Below, in pieces: positions 36,028-45,777 of a DNA stretch of 64,000 bases. The translations under genes and the position numbers were made by a program. Position 1 is the stretch's first letter, and each line of letters begins with the position of its first letter. The notes below the pieces were generated by a model, which was given only the letters and a program-made list of their open reading frames with translations, made no database searches and was not told where the DNA came from. Origin of the DNA: Spirochaetaceae bacterium (GTDB lineage Bacteria > Spirochaetota > Spirochaetia > DSM-27196 > SKKC01); assembly GCA_007128315.1 (NCBI GenBank), contig SKXQ01000086.1:13086-77085 (forward strand), given 5' to 3'.

Positions 36028-37279
36028 ATTAAAGACGACGGCAGCCACATGCATGCTGCTGGCTGTCCTGCTCGGCAGCTGCAACGGACAGGCCGACTGG
36101 ACTCGCTTTCGTGGCGAAGGCGGCCGTGGTCACAGCCGGAACCTCATGACACCACCGCTCGGAATACGCTGGGAGCTTTCGTTACAGTCAGAGGACCAGC
36201 GTGGTTTTGCATTTAACAATCTCGTCATCCGCGACAACCGACTGTACTTCGGAACGACAGACGGCAACTTCTACGCAATGAACATCGAGACGGGGTACAT
36301 GGACTGGGTATACCGAACGGGAGCTCCGGTGAACTCGGTACCCTATGCCGACGAAACGCACGTCTACTTTGGCTCGAACGACGGACACGTATATGCAGTA
36401 CATCGCGAGAGCGGTGAGGAAGCCTGGCGCTTCAACACCGGCAGCACGGTACAGAGTACCGTTATTCGCCATGAAGACCAGATTATTTTCGGGAGCGATG
36501 GAGCCGGAATCTGGTTTCTTTCACCTGACGGTGAACTCGAACACTACATTGAAAACCCCGTGTGGCATCGCGTCAGCCTGCAGGTTGACCGTAACAGGCT
36601 CATGCTGACCCCCGGCCCGATTGAGAACCCGCGAACCCTCGGCGTATACGATCTTCGTGAGCAGCGGCATCTCTGGCTCCTTCCGGAAGAGATCATGCAG
36701 GCCACGTGGTATAGCTTCCCGGCTTCAACAGGTGATGCGATGATCATGCAGACCAGCCGCTTCAGCGGCGATGGTCTGGTCTTTAGCACCTACTCACTCG
36801 ACTTTGACACAGGCGACATACGCTGGTCACGAAGCTTCTCCTCAACCTTTGGCGCACACGCACCTGATGATCTGTTCAGGTACTGGCGTCGGGATCTGCT
36901 TAACATCCTCGACTACCAGGCGCCCGCAGTCTGGCGGAACACGGTGATCGTTGCAGGAGGAGACAACACGGTTCGTGCCTTGAATGTGGACAATGGAAGC
37001 ATGCTGTGGGAGAAGCGGTTCAACCACCACACGTCGAGCGCACCTATGGTTGTGGGAGACAACGTGTTCATTGGTGTGCACGGCGATCGGATCGACCGGT
37101 TACCCGAAGGGGAAGAACGCACCGGACCACGACTCGTAGCGCTCAGTGCCCGCAGCGGCAGTCGGGTATGGGAGCTCGAGACCAACGGGGTGATCCTGAG
37201 TCCTCCGGTAAGCGCGGGACGCCACATGGTCTTCGGTACGGACCGGAATTATGTCTATGTTCTTGAGCGGGTATTTTGA
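36020..37279 (+). CDS. PQQ-like beta-propeller lipoprotein (BamB-like fold)
   Basis: Start at ATG 36020 (MHRLKTTAATCMLLAVLLGSCNGQ, a lipobox). Repeated propeller blades (DGNFYAMNIETGYMDWVY; DGHVYAVHRESGEEAWRF; NTVRALNVDNGSMLWEK; ARSGSRVWEL). It overlaps the upstream stop by 8 nt. Confidence 0.75.
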   Translation: MHRLKTTAATCMLLAVLLGSCNGQADWTRFRGEGGRGHSRNLMTPPLGIRWELSLQSEDQRGFAFNNLVIRDNRLYFGTTDGNFYAMNIETGYMDWVYRTGAPVNSVPYADETHVYFGSNDGHVYAVHRESGEEAWRFNTGSTVQSTVIRHEDQIIFGSDGAGIWFLSPDGELEHYIENPVWHRVSLQVDRNRLMLTPGPIENPRTLGVYDLREQRHLWLLPEEIMQATWYSFPASTGDAMIMQTSRFSGDGLVFSTYSLDFDTGDIRWSRSFSSTFGAHAPDDLFRYWRRDLLNILDYQAPAVWRNTVIVAGGDNTVRALNVDNGSMLWEKRFNHHTSSAPMVVGDNVFIGVHGDRIDRLPEGEERTGPRLVALSARSGSRVWELETNGVILSPPVSAGRHMVFGTDRNYVYVLERVF

Positions 37280-37296
37280 TACACTGCAGGAATTCT

Positions 37297-38343
37297 ATGA
37301 AACGCATAATATATTTCATCGCAGCTGCACTTCTTTCAGTGCTTGTGTTCAGCCTAACAATTTCATGCTCGCGGGACAGTGGTCCAGCGCGCGAGACCCG
37401 ATTTCTTCTCGGGACGGCGACGACGATCAGCGTGTTCGACAGTTCGTTTCCGTCACAGGCGATCTCCCGGGCATTTGACCGCGTTTCCGAAATTCAGGAG
37501 CGCATGAGTATCAACGAGTCCGAATACGACGACACGGAGATCCTCGAGGTAAACCGGAATGCAGGTCTGTCTCCCGTTGCCGTGTCCGATGATACTGCGC
37601 TGGTCGTCTCTGAAGGTATCAGATGGGCAGAGTTGAGCAGTGGTGCCTTTGATATCTCCATCGCCCCCCTTGTACAGCTCTGGGGCATCGGCACACCCCG
37701 GGAGCGGGTACCCGCGCCCCCGGAAATCGAGGAGACTCTACCGCTGGTAAATTACCGTCGGGTTTCAGTACGTGACGGGAACCGCATCTTTCTACCCGAA
37801 GAGGGCATGGGCATCGATGTCGGCGGAATTGCCAAGGGTTATGCGGTCGATGAAGCTGCGCGGATTCTCCGTGAAGCAGGAATTCAACACGCCCTTATCG
37901 ACTTCGGCGGTGACATATTCACGATAGGAACCCGTGTCGACGGTAAGCCCTGGCGAATCGGGGTACAACACCCATCATCGGTACGACAGGATCTGCTCGC
38001 GGTCGTTGAAATCGTCGATCTGGCTATTGTCTCGTCCGGTGACTACGAGCGCTACTTCGAGCAGAACGGGATCCGCTATCATCATATTCTCGATCCCGCG
38101 ACCGGCATGCCTTCACGATCGGGTCTCACGAGTGCGACCGTCATCGGACCGGACTCAATTGGTGCTGACGCACTCTCTACGGCGGTGTTTGTCATGGGTC
38201 TTGACGATGGAATGGAACTAATAGAGTCCCTTCCCGGCTATGAAGCAATCTTTGCTACTACAAACCGCAGGGTGTACGTGAGCAGCGGCCTCCAGGGGCG
38301 CGTTGAGCTCCTTGCATCCGACCACGAACTGGCAGATTCATGA
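37297..38343 (+). CDS. apbE: FAD:protein FMN transferase (ApbE family) lipoprotein
   Basis: Lipobox LTISC. ApbE motifs FDISIAPLVQLWG, GIDVGGIAKGYAVDEA, SGDYERYF and YHHILDPATG. ATG 37297 preferred over TTG 37276. Confidence 0.85.
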   Translation: MKRIIYFIAAALLSVLVFSLTISCSRDSGPARETRFLLGTATTISVFDSSFPSQAISRAFDRVSEIQERMSINESEYDDTEILEVNRNAGLSPVAVSDDTALVVSEGIRWAELSSGAFDISIAPLVQLWGIGTPRERVPAPPEIEETLPLVNYRRVSVRDGNRIFLPEEGMGIDVGGIAKGYAVDEAARILREAGIQHALIDFGGDIFTIGTRVDGKPWRIGVQHPSSVRQDLLAVVEIVDLAIVSSGDYERYFEQNGIRYHHILDPATGMPSRSGLTSATVIGPDSIGADALSTAVFVMGLDDGMELIESLPGYEAIFATTNRRVYVSSGLQGRVELLASDHELADS

Positions 38344-40067
38344 ACAGACGGGCGACACTCGTACTTCTTGTCAGTACAGGCTTTCTGTTGAACGCACTTC
38401 TCAACACCTATCGCTGGCTCGCTTCAGGGTACGCGGCCACCGCGCTTGTACCCTCACCGTTGCTTATGGCGGGTATTCTTCTGGTGTGGATCTCGGCGCG
38501 GACACACGGTGACTCTGCTGGCCGGCTGTCACGAAGCCTCCTCAACGCGCTCAGTGCCTGTATCGGCTTCGCACTCGTATACTCCATGGCCGAAGGAGCC
38601 ATACAGCTTCTGTATGCCCGACCGTTCATTCCTTTGTCGGACGCCTCGTATATCCGCGGCGGGCTGCTGCTGCTCTTTCCGGAAGCGACGGCAACCGTCA
38701 CCGCGTTAACGCCGTTCGTAGTTATCCTGATACTCGGGTCTGCATTTCTGCTCGCACGAGGGTATCTGCTGCTTGTAAGTGGGACTGCGTTAAAGATCCC
38801 TGCCCTGTCATCCCGCATGAAACGCGTTTCGGTGATCTGTGCGTGTTTCGTGCTGATCGCAGTGATATCGGTTCGTGTGTTTTCTTCGCCGACTCGCGAC
38901 AGCGAGACATGGTCGCACATGCTTATTCCGATAATGCTGCGCGGTGCTGCAGATATCGACCGGTTCGAGCTCGCCGACCCTGTGATCGGGTACGCCGAAG
39001 CCGAACAAGCCGACGAGGAAATCGAGGCAAACAGAAATGGCCAGGATGGAGCGCATGGTCTTCCGGGCATCCGGGATGCCGATATTTACATGTTCGCCAT
39101 CGAGAGCTACGGAATAACGGTTTTCGATAATGAAGAGCACCACGCTGCACTTCTGCCGGTCATACGTGACAGTTATGACCATCTGCGGTCAGCGGGGTTT
39201 TCTGTAGCAAGCCATTATCTCGAGTCTCCGGTCTTCAGCGGACTTTCATGGCTTGCAGAGGCAACACTGTTCAGCGGTAATGTCATAGACCGGCAGTCCC
39301 GTTTTGAGAACCTCATCGAGACTGGTGTCTTTTCGCTCCCGGATTTTCTCGCTGAGGAAGCACAGTATTATAACATGAAGGCGAAACCCGGAGCCGTACA
39401 CGGAGACTGGCCCGAAGGCTACGACGTGTTCGGTTTTGACGAGATGCTCATTGCATACAACGACGATTTCGGGTATCGGGGACCCTGGTTCAGTTTCGTG
39501 CCTGTCCCCGACCAGTTCGCAATACAGGCGCTGCACGATCGCATACGGGAACGAAAGGACGATGGAACCCTGGAGGACCGCCCCCTCTTCGCCTATTACC
39601 AGCTTGTATCAAGTCACATACCATTCAACCATATACCCGAGTATCTCAGCGACTGGTCAAGGCTTGGAGACGGGTCGATCTACTTCGAAACGGACAATCT
39701 CGTCTTCGACAATGACTACTTCTCAGGCACTGAATACGTTGAAGGTTTTATCGCCTCGATCGAGTACGTGCTTACGGTACTGACCGAGTACGTCACCCGA
39801 TTTATCCCTGAGGATCGCGAGAGCCTGATCGTGTTCTTCGGAGACCACCAACCGGGATCTGTAGTCAGCGGCAGAGGTGCTTCACGATCGGTCCCCGTAC
39901 ACATCATTTCCCGAAATGATGCGATAGTAAGCCGCTTCATCGACGAACTTTCGTACGTCCCGGGAATGATCCCTGACCAGCCACATCCACATCCGCACAT
40001 GGCCGATTTCTACCCTGACTTCGTACGAGTCAGCAGACTGGAGCCCTCGTCTGTCGTGCAGGACTGA
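38340..40067 (+). CDS. Membrane-anchored alkaline-phosphatase-superfamily (sulfatase / LtaS / OpgB-like) protein
   Basis: About 5 N-terminal TM helices followed by a soluble domain with DIYMFAIESYG and VFFGDHQPG motifs, reminiscent of LtaS/phosphoglycerol-transferase-type enzymes. ATGA overlap with apbE. The family call is tentative. Confidence 0.5.
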   Translation: MNRRATLVLLVSTGFLLNALLNTYRWLASGYAATALVPSPLLMAGILLVWISARTHGDSAGRLSRSLLNALSACIGFALVYSMAEGAIQLLYARPFIPLSDASYIRGGLLLLFPEATATVTALTPFVVILILGSAFLLARGYLLLVSGTALKIPALSSRMKRVSVICACFVLIAVISVRVFSSPTRDSETWSHMLIPIMLRGAADIDRFELADPVIGYAEAEQADEEIEANRNGQDGAHGLPGIRDADIYMFAIESYGITVFDNEEHHAALLPVIRDSYDHLRSAGFSVASHYLESPVFSGLSWLAEATLFSGNVIDRQSRFENLIETGVFSLPDFLAEEAQYYNMKAKPGAVHGDWPEGYDVFGFDEMLIAYNDDFGYRGPWFSFVPVPDQFAIQALHDRIRERKDDGTLEDRPLFAYYQLVSSHIPFNHIPEYLSDWSRLGDGSIYFETDNLVFDNDYFSGTEYVEGFIASIEYVLTVLTEYVTRFIPEDRESLIVFFGDHQPGSVVSGRGASRSVPVHIISRNDAIVSRFIDELSYVPGMIPDQPHPHPHMADFYPDFVRVSRLEPSSVVQD

Positions 40068-40072
40068 ACTCT

Positions 40073-40891
40073 TCAGGAATGGATTTCGCAGATCTGACGC
40101 AGCCGGGGTACAATCGCCTTCATGGCTGCATACCCGCGCTCGATTGCTTCGTCAATCCTCCCCATACTGTGATACGAGAAGCCGACCAGATCAGGCTGGA
40201 GAAAGATATCCGAGTTTCGCCGTCCAACATCACTGGTGGCATACATGAGTATACCCATGGTACGCGCGAGCACGTCGACCACGTTGTCTATTCCTTCGTC
40301 CGAACCGACATTATCGGCGTTCAGATCCACCCCGACGACAAAATCAGCTCCGAGCGATCGCGCCACATCGGCGGGTACAGAGTTGCGGGTGCCTCCGTCA
40401 ACAAGAAGCTCGCCGTCGCGTTCGACCGGGACGAAGACACCGGGCAGACCACAACTCGCTCGCACTGCGGTGTGCACCGGGCCGCTTCGTATTACGCGTT
40501 CCTGGCCTGAGACAAGATCCACCGTTACGGCCGCAAAGGGAAGCTTCAAATCGTCGATCCGAACGTCGCCGATCAGTTCCTGTACGAGATCGCTGAGTTT
40601 ATCAGTTTTCACGAGTCCCATGCGGGGAAGGGTCATCTGAACGAGATCAGCCCACTTCATTTTACGGGCCTCTTCTTCGATGCGATGCGAGTCAAAGCCC
40701 GCACAGTACAGCGCTCCAACCAGACTTCCCGCACTGGTACCCGCAACGCATGACGGCACGATATTACCTTCTTCAAGCGCCCGGATGACGCCGATATGTG
40801 CGAATCCCCGCGCAGCACCTCCTCCGAGAGCAAGGCCGAGCTTCTTCCGTTGCCGGACAGCCCTGCGCATGATCGATGCGAACACGTTCAT
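40073..40891 (-). CDS. Patatin-like phospholipase
   Basis: GGGAARG oxyanion motif, GTSAG nucleophile elbow, and catalytic Asp in LLVDGGTRN. Start placed at ATG 40891. The track start at 40963 would overlap the divergent gene. Confidence 0.85.
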   Translation of the reverse strand: MNVFASIMRRAVRQRKKLGLALGGGAARGFAHIGVIRALEEGNIVPSCVAGTSAGSLVGALYCAGFDSHRIEEEARKMKWADLVQMTLPRMGLVKTDKLSDLVQELIGDVRIDDLKLPFAAVTVDLVSGQERVIRSGPVHTAVRASCGLPGVFVPVERDGELLVDGGTRNSVPADVARSLGADFVVGVDLNADNVGSDEGIDNVVDVLARTMGILMYATSDVGRRNSDIFLQPDLVGFSYHSMGRIDEAIERGYAAMKAIVPRLRQICEIHS

Positions 40892-40940
40892 GCTCTCACC
40901 CGATGGACACGTTTCAAAGCTTTCTTCATCATTACTCCAT

Positions 40941-41282
40941 ATGATACCGCAAATCATCGGCATAAAGAAATCCGCGAGTACCCGCCGCGTAATCCGATAC
41001 TGCAGCGACCGGGGGATAGGTTATCAGCTCGTGGATCTGAAAGAACGGACCCCTGGCAAGCGGGAACTCGACGCAATTGCAGCAGCGGCAGGCGGCTACG
41101 ACAGGCTCATAGACACGGAGTCCGCAGCGTACCGGAAAACGAACATGGGCTATATGGATTTTGATCCGGAAGAAGAACTTATCGAGAACACCGAGCTAAT
41201 GCGCATTCCTGTCGTTCGGACTGATAATGGAATAGCCGTTAATCCGTCCGATGCGGAGCTTGAATCACTGTTCGGGAAATAG
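40941..41282 (+). CDS. ArsC/Spx/YffB-family thioredoxin-fold protein (N-terminal Cys replaced)
   Basis: 113 aa from ATG 40941: MIPQIIGIKKSASTRRVIRYCSDRGIGYQLVDLKERTPGKRELDAI...MRIPVV. The family fold pattern is present, but the position of the usual CxxC/CxxS reads SAST. Confidence 0.55.
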   Translation: MIPQIIGIKKSASTRRVIRYCSDRGIGYQLVDLKERTPGKRELDAIAAAAGGYDRLIDTESAAYRKTNMGYMDFDPEEELIENTELMRIPVVRTDNGIAVNPSDAELESLFGK

Positions 41283-41284
41283 AC

Positions 41285-43108
41285 TCACGGACCGAGTACG
41301 GCGAGTGCATCCGGAGGCATGGTGAGGATACCGTCTGTGAAATCCACTCCGTCGCTTGCGAGCAGTACTGTCTTCGGATCCGGGTCTGACAGCCCGGTAA
41401 ATCCGACGGTCGCGTCTCCGTAGCGATGGCTGTTCGGTGCCCGGCAGACCGGAATCACGGGGCTGACCGACCGGGACAGCGAAAAGGCGACGGCGCAGGA
41501 GCCTCGAAATATGAGCATCCACTCGGCTTCCGCATCGTAGACGACCTCCGGAACGGTATGCATGGAACACGAAAACGAGGGCACATCGTGCCGTATGCGT
41601 ATCAGATCGATGTACCATTGCCGCATACGCTCGTGCGCTTTGAGTCTCTGCTCGAAACGGCGCAGTTTCGACCGCAAAAACGTCTCTTCATCCTGCGGAT
41701 CGGGCACATCCTCCGGGTCCCACCCGAAGTCGCGGAACTCGTTCCGTCGTCCCTCGCTGACGGCCCGGGCGAGATCCCTGTCCTGATGATCGGTGAAGTA
41801 CTGAAACGGCGCTGTACAGGCCCACTCTTCCCCCTGAAAAAGCATGGGAACGGCGGGGGACAGGATGTGTACTGCCGCGGCTACCCTGGTTCGTCCCTCG
41901 GACACAAGGTGCGATAATCGCTCGCCAAAAGCCCGATTCCCGACCTGGTCATGATTTTGTACGCAATGGACGAATCGGCTTCTGGGAGTGTCGCCGACCG
42001 GCCTACCGTAGCTCCGACCCCTATGAGGAGCGTAGTGACCGTCGCGCACGAACACGCGCGTCAGAGCCTTCGCGAGCTGCTCGAAACCGCCGAATCCCGC
42101 GTAGTAACCGCTGCTCTCGCCGGTAAGCAGACAGTGCACTGCGTGGTGAAAATCGTCACTCCATTGTGCATCAAGCCCGTAGCCGCCTGCATCGTGTGAC
42201 TTCACAAGGGAGGGATCATTCAGGTCGCTTTCAGCGATGAGTACGAGAGGTTTCCCGAGTTCCCGTTCGAGAGCTCCAACACGGTGGGTCATCGCTTCAA
42301 GAATATGTACGGCAGAACTGTCATGCAGGGCGTGAACCGCATCGAGGCGAAACCCGTCGACATGGTAGTACCTGACCCAGTACTCGAGATTGTCGAGGAT
42401 AAACGCACGGACCTCGTCGCTCTGCGGGCCATCAAGATTAAGGGCATCGCCCCACGGTGTATGATAGCGATCAGTAAAATACGGTCCGAACTGTCCAAGA
42501 TAGTTCCCTTCCGGCCCAAGATGGTTATAGACGACATCAAGGATTACGGCCAGATCGTGCTCATGGCACGCATCGACAAAACGCTTGAAGGCCTCAGGGC
42601 CACCATACGCCTCCCACGGGGCGAAGAGTCCGACACCGTCGTATCCCCAGCCGCGGGTTCCCGACGCTGAGGCGATCGGCATGACGTTCAGATGCGTCAC
42701 CCGGAGCTCAGACAGTTCAGGAAGGTGTGGAATCGCCGAATCAAAGGTACCTTCGTCGGAGAAGGTTCCGATATGCAGTTCGTACACCACTGCTGAAGCA
42801 AAGGGTCTTGCCCGAAAGCGTCGATCGTTCCACGCGTGCGCCTCATGGTCGACCAGCTGCGAAAAGCCGTGCACACCGTCCGGAAGACGGGGAGCCCGAG
42901 GGTCCGCGTAGGGGCCTTTCCCGTTCACCTTGAACGCGTACCGGCCGTCGTCCGGCATACGGTCGGGACATATCGACCAGTATCCGGTCTGTGCCACTGC
43001 CTCCATCTCTCGTTCCAGATCGCGTGTTACAAGAGTCACCGAATCCGCTGACGGGGCCCAGACCGTAAAGCGCGGCGTCTGACCGGCGAACGCTGTCTCC
43101 CGGTTCAT
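41285..43108 (-). CDS. treZ: Malto-oligosyltrehalose trehalohydrolase (GH13)
   Basis: VWAPSADSVTLV, YELHIGTFS, GFRLDAVHAL, LIAESDLNDP and QNHDQVGNR. ATGA overlap with treY. Confidence 0.85.
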   Translation of the reverse strand: MNRETAFAGQTPRFTVWAPSADSVTLVTRDLEREMEAVAQTGYWSICPDRMPDDGRYAFKVNGKGPYADPRAPRLPDGVHGFSQLVDHEAHAWNDRRFRARPFASAVVYELHIGTFSDEGTFDSAIPHLPELSELRVTHLNVMPIASASGTRGWGYDGVGLFAPWEAYGGPEAFKRFVDACHEHDLAVILDVVYNHLGPEGNYLGQFGPYFTDRYHTPWGDALNLDGPQSDEVRAFILDNLEYWVRYYHVDGFRLDAVHALHDSSAVHILEAMTHRVGALERELGKPLVLIAESDLNDPSLVKSHDAGGYGLDAQWSDDFHHAVHCLLTGESSGYYAGFGGFEQLAKALTRVFVRDGHYAPHRGRSYGRPVGDTPRSRFVHCVQNHDQVGNRAFGERLSHLVSEGRTRVAAAVHILSPAVPMLFQGEEWACTAPFQYFTDHQDRDLARAVSEGRRNEFRDFGWDPEDVPDPQDEETFLRSKLRRFEQRLKAHERMRQWYIDLIRIRHDVPSFSCSMHTVPEVVYDAEAEWMLIFRGSCAVAFSLSRSVSPVIPVCRAPNSHRYGDATVGFTGLSDPDPKTVLLASDGVDFTDGILTMPPDALAVLGP

Positions 43109-45777
43109 GCCTGATCCTCCCGCACGAGAACACAGATCGGAAACGGCTTGATCAGTGTATTCACGGCCTGCGTGCCGCCCTGCACGGTCTCGCCGCTTAT
43201 GACGTTTCTGTAAAGTCCACCGGGAATCACGACTGAGGTGTCCGGATAGCGGCCGGCTCTGCTGTGAAAGCGCAACGGACAGACGGCAATCACGTCTCCA
43301 CCGCGTTCGAACGCCAGGACGTCCGCGCGTGCCTCGCCGGTTACGTCCAGAGCGACATACGGTTTCGGCCCTCTGCTGCCGCTTCCCCAGAAGACATCGC
43401 TGTGCGCGTTTCGCAGGTGCAGAAGCGCCCGTGTCAGTGCCAGCTTCGGATAACCGTCGGCCATACCTTCCATGATCTCGGACACGGACAGCGAATCGAG
43501 CTCATCGAGCATGCGTCCCAGGGTCGAATAGTCGATATCGCGACGATTATCCGGATCCACAAGGCTATAGTTCCAGACCTCACATCCCTGGTACAGGTCA
43601 GGAACACCGGGCCCGAGCAACTTGACTGTCGTTTGAACCAGGCTGTTGACATACGCACCGAGAGCAATGCGCTCGACAAGGCGCTGCATCGATGACTGAA
43701 TCGCAGTGTCTGCGAGAACGCCTCGTGCGAAGGAGAGAACGGCGGCTTCGTACAGCTCATCGATCTCAGTCCACGAGGTATGCTCCTTTGATTCCCGGAT
43801 CGCTTTCGTAAGGTATTCGGTAAGGCGTTCTTCCGAGATCGGCCACGCTCCGATGAGAGTCTGATAAATGAAGTATTCCGTGTTCCGGTCAGGCCATTGC
43901 TCGATACGGTACTGAGATGCCAACGAAGACCAGCTTCCTGTCGCTTCAGCCCACTCGTTCGGAATTTCGGTGAGTACCAGCAGGCGGGCGCGAAGATCTT
44001 CGCTTCGTTTTGTGTCGTGCGTACTCGTCGTGAGCATGGACCGGGGAAGCGTGACACTGCGATCGGCCATCCTTTCGTTGAAATCGTCAACCGACATGCC
44101 AAAACGGTCGGGTTCTGCTCCGACCTCGTTCAGAGCAATAAGCCGGTTGTAGCGGTAAAAAGTTGTGTCCTCCGCTCCCTTGGCCATAACAGGCCCGCTC
44201 AGTTGCTGAAAACGCATCACGAAATCGCGTTCCACGTCGCCACCGAGGTCCAGGGTCAATATGCGATACAGAAAATCAAAAAGTTCCGGATCCAGGTCAT
44301 CACGATTCTCGCGCGCGCGTTCGACCGCGTTCTGTATGTGGCTGCGATCGGAATCGCGTATAGTGCCGTGTTCCGCGCGAATGTAGGTCCGATACACCGA
44401 GAACGAAACAAGAATCTCGCACAACGCGTCCTGTACATCGTCCCTGCTGAAATCCCGGTACCGTCGGTTGCGATAGGAAATCAGCAGAAGCATCTCTGTC
44501 AATCGATTCACATCGCTTCCAAGAAGATCCTCCACGACTTCAAGCTTGCTTTCGTGCAGCAGATTGTGATAATCGGTGCTTTCACCGGTGAACGACCGGT
44601 ACAGATCAGTAATTCTACGCTCGCTCGTCGTCTGTACCAGAACCGCCTGCAGGTCGTTCAGAAAATCGTAGCCGGTCGTACCGTGTATGGGCCATGAGTC
44701 GGGCATGTGCTCGTTCGGTGCGAGGATCTTTTCACCGACAATCCACGCATCTCCGGCGCGATGTCGCAGACGCTGAAAATACTCCTCCGGATCGCGAAGT
44801 CCGTCAGGATGATCAACCCTGAGCCCGTCGACTTTCCGCTCGCGTATCCAGGAAAGAATGAGTTCGTGCGTGTCGGAGAATACATCCTCATCTTCGACCC
44901 GAATCGCAATGAGATCGTTAATATCAAAGAATCTTCGATACCCGAGATCGCTGCGTGCAATTCGCCAGTACGCCAGTCGGTAGTTCTGTCGCTCAAGCAG
45001 CGCATCGAGTCGGTCAACATCGGAGTTGACAAGATCGACCTCCGAGTCCACTGCCCGACGCACGTGCGGAGCATCTTCGAGCAGCAGCGACAGGCGATCC
45101 CGTATGACTTCCTTATCGCGGTGTCGCCGGCGCGTGTTCACTCTGTCATCGGCCTTCGGGAGGGGCAGATAATCAAGGGCGCTTGCGAGAAAGGCAAGCT
45201 CCGGATGCTCGATGCGGGAAGCGGCCTGAAACAGGAGATCCGAAAGACTCCGTGGATCCACCGGTACCCGATGATCGTAATACTGTAACTGGAAAGATCC
45301 GTCGGTCCGAACCAGCTGAATCTCACCCGCTTCAAGAACACGCCCGTAGTGGTCGCCTAGGATAGGCAGCAGGACACGATTCAGTGTGTTCTCACTGTCC
45401 TGGGCATACTGCCAGTCAACATCGAAATAATCGGCATACCGGCTTCGCTGGCCGTTTTCCAGAACATCCCACCACCACGTGTTCTCGGGTCCGGAAACCG
45501 CCATATGGTTGGGCACGACATCGACGATCTGCCCGAGACCCGCGTCTCGAAGGGTTCTGCAGAGTTCGTCATGAGCATCCTGCCCGCCAAGGTCGTCACT
45601 GACCCTGGAATGATCGACCACATCGTAGCCGTGAGTGCTCCCTCGTGCCGCCTGAAGATATGGTGAACAGTACATGTGACTGATGCCCAGTCGAACGAGA
45701 TAGGGTGCGAGCGATGCGGCTATACGGAACCCGCGATCGGGTGAAAGCTGTACTCTGTAACTCGATAACATCTTCAT
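43105..45777 (-). CDS. treY: Malto-oligosyltrehalose synthase
   Basis: The N-terminus SYRVQLSPDRGFRIAASLAPYLVRLGISHMYCSPYLQAARGSTHGYDVVDH is the characteristic TreY start. 890 aa. Adjacent to treZ. Confidence 0.9.
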   Translation of the reverse strand: MKMLSSYRVQLSPDRGFRIAASLAPYLVRLGISHMYCSPYLQAARGSTHGYDVVDHSRVSDDLGGQDAHDELCRTLRDAGLGQIVDVVPNHMAVSGPENTWWWDVLENGQRSRYADYFDVDWQYAQDSENTLNRVLLPILGDHYGRVLEAGEIQLVRTDGSFQLQYYDHRVPVDPRSLSDLLFQAASRIEHPELAFLASALDYLPLPKADDRVNTRRRHRDKEVIRDRLSLLLEDAPHVRRAVDSEVDLVNSDVDRLDALLERQNYRLAYWRIARSDLGYRRFFDINDLIAIRVEDEDVFSDTHELILSWIRERKVDGLRVDHPDGLRDPEEYFQRLRHRAGDAWIVGEKILAPNEHMPDSWPIHGTTGYDFLNDLQAVLVQTTSERRITDLYRSFTGESTDYHNLLHESKLEVVEDLLGSDVNRLTEMLLLISYRNRRYRDFSRDDVQDALCEILVSFSVYRTYIRAEHGTIRDSDRSHIQNAVERARENRDDLDPELFDFLYRILTLDLGGDVERDFVMRFQQLSGPVMAKGAEDTTFYRYNRLIALNEVGAEPDRFGMSVDDFNERMADRSVTLPRSMLTTSTHDTKRSEDLRARLLVLTEIPNEWAEATGSWSSLASQYRIEQWPDRNTEYFIYQTLIGAWPISEERLTEYLTKAIRESKEHTSWTEIDELYEAAVLSFARGVLADTAIQSSMQRLVERIALGAYVNSLVQTTVKLLGPGVPDLYQGCEVWNYSLVDPDNRRDIDYSTLGRMLDELDSLSVSEIMEGMADGYPKLALTRALLHLRNAHSDVFWGSGSRGPKPYVALDVTGEARADVLAFERGGDVIAVCPLRFHSRAGRYPDTSVVIPGGLYRNVISGETVQGGTQAVNTLIKPFPICVLVREDQA

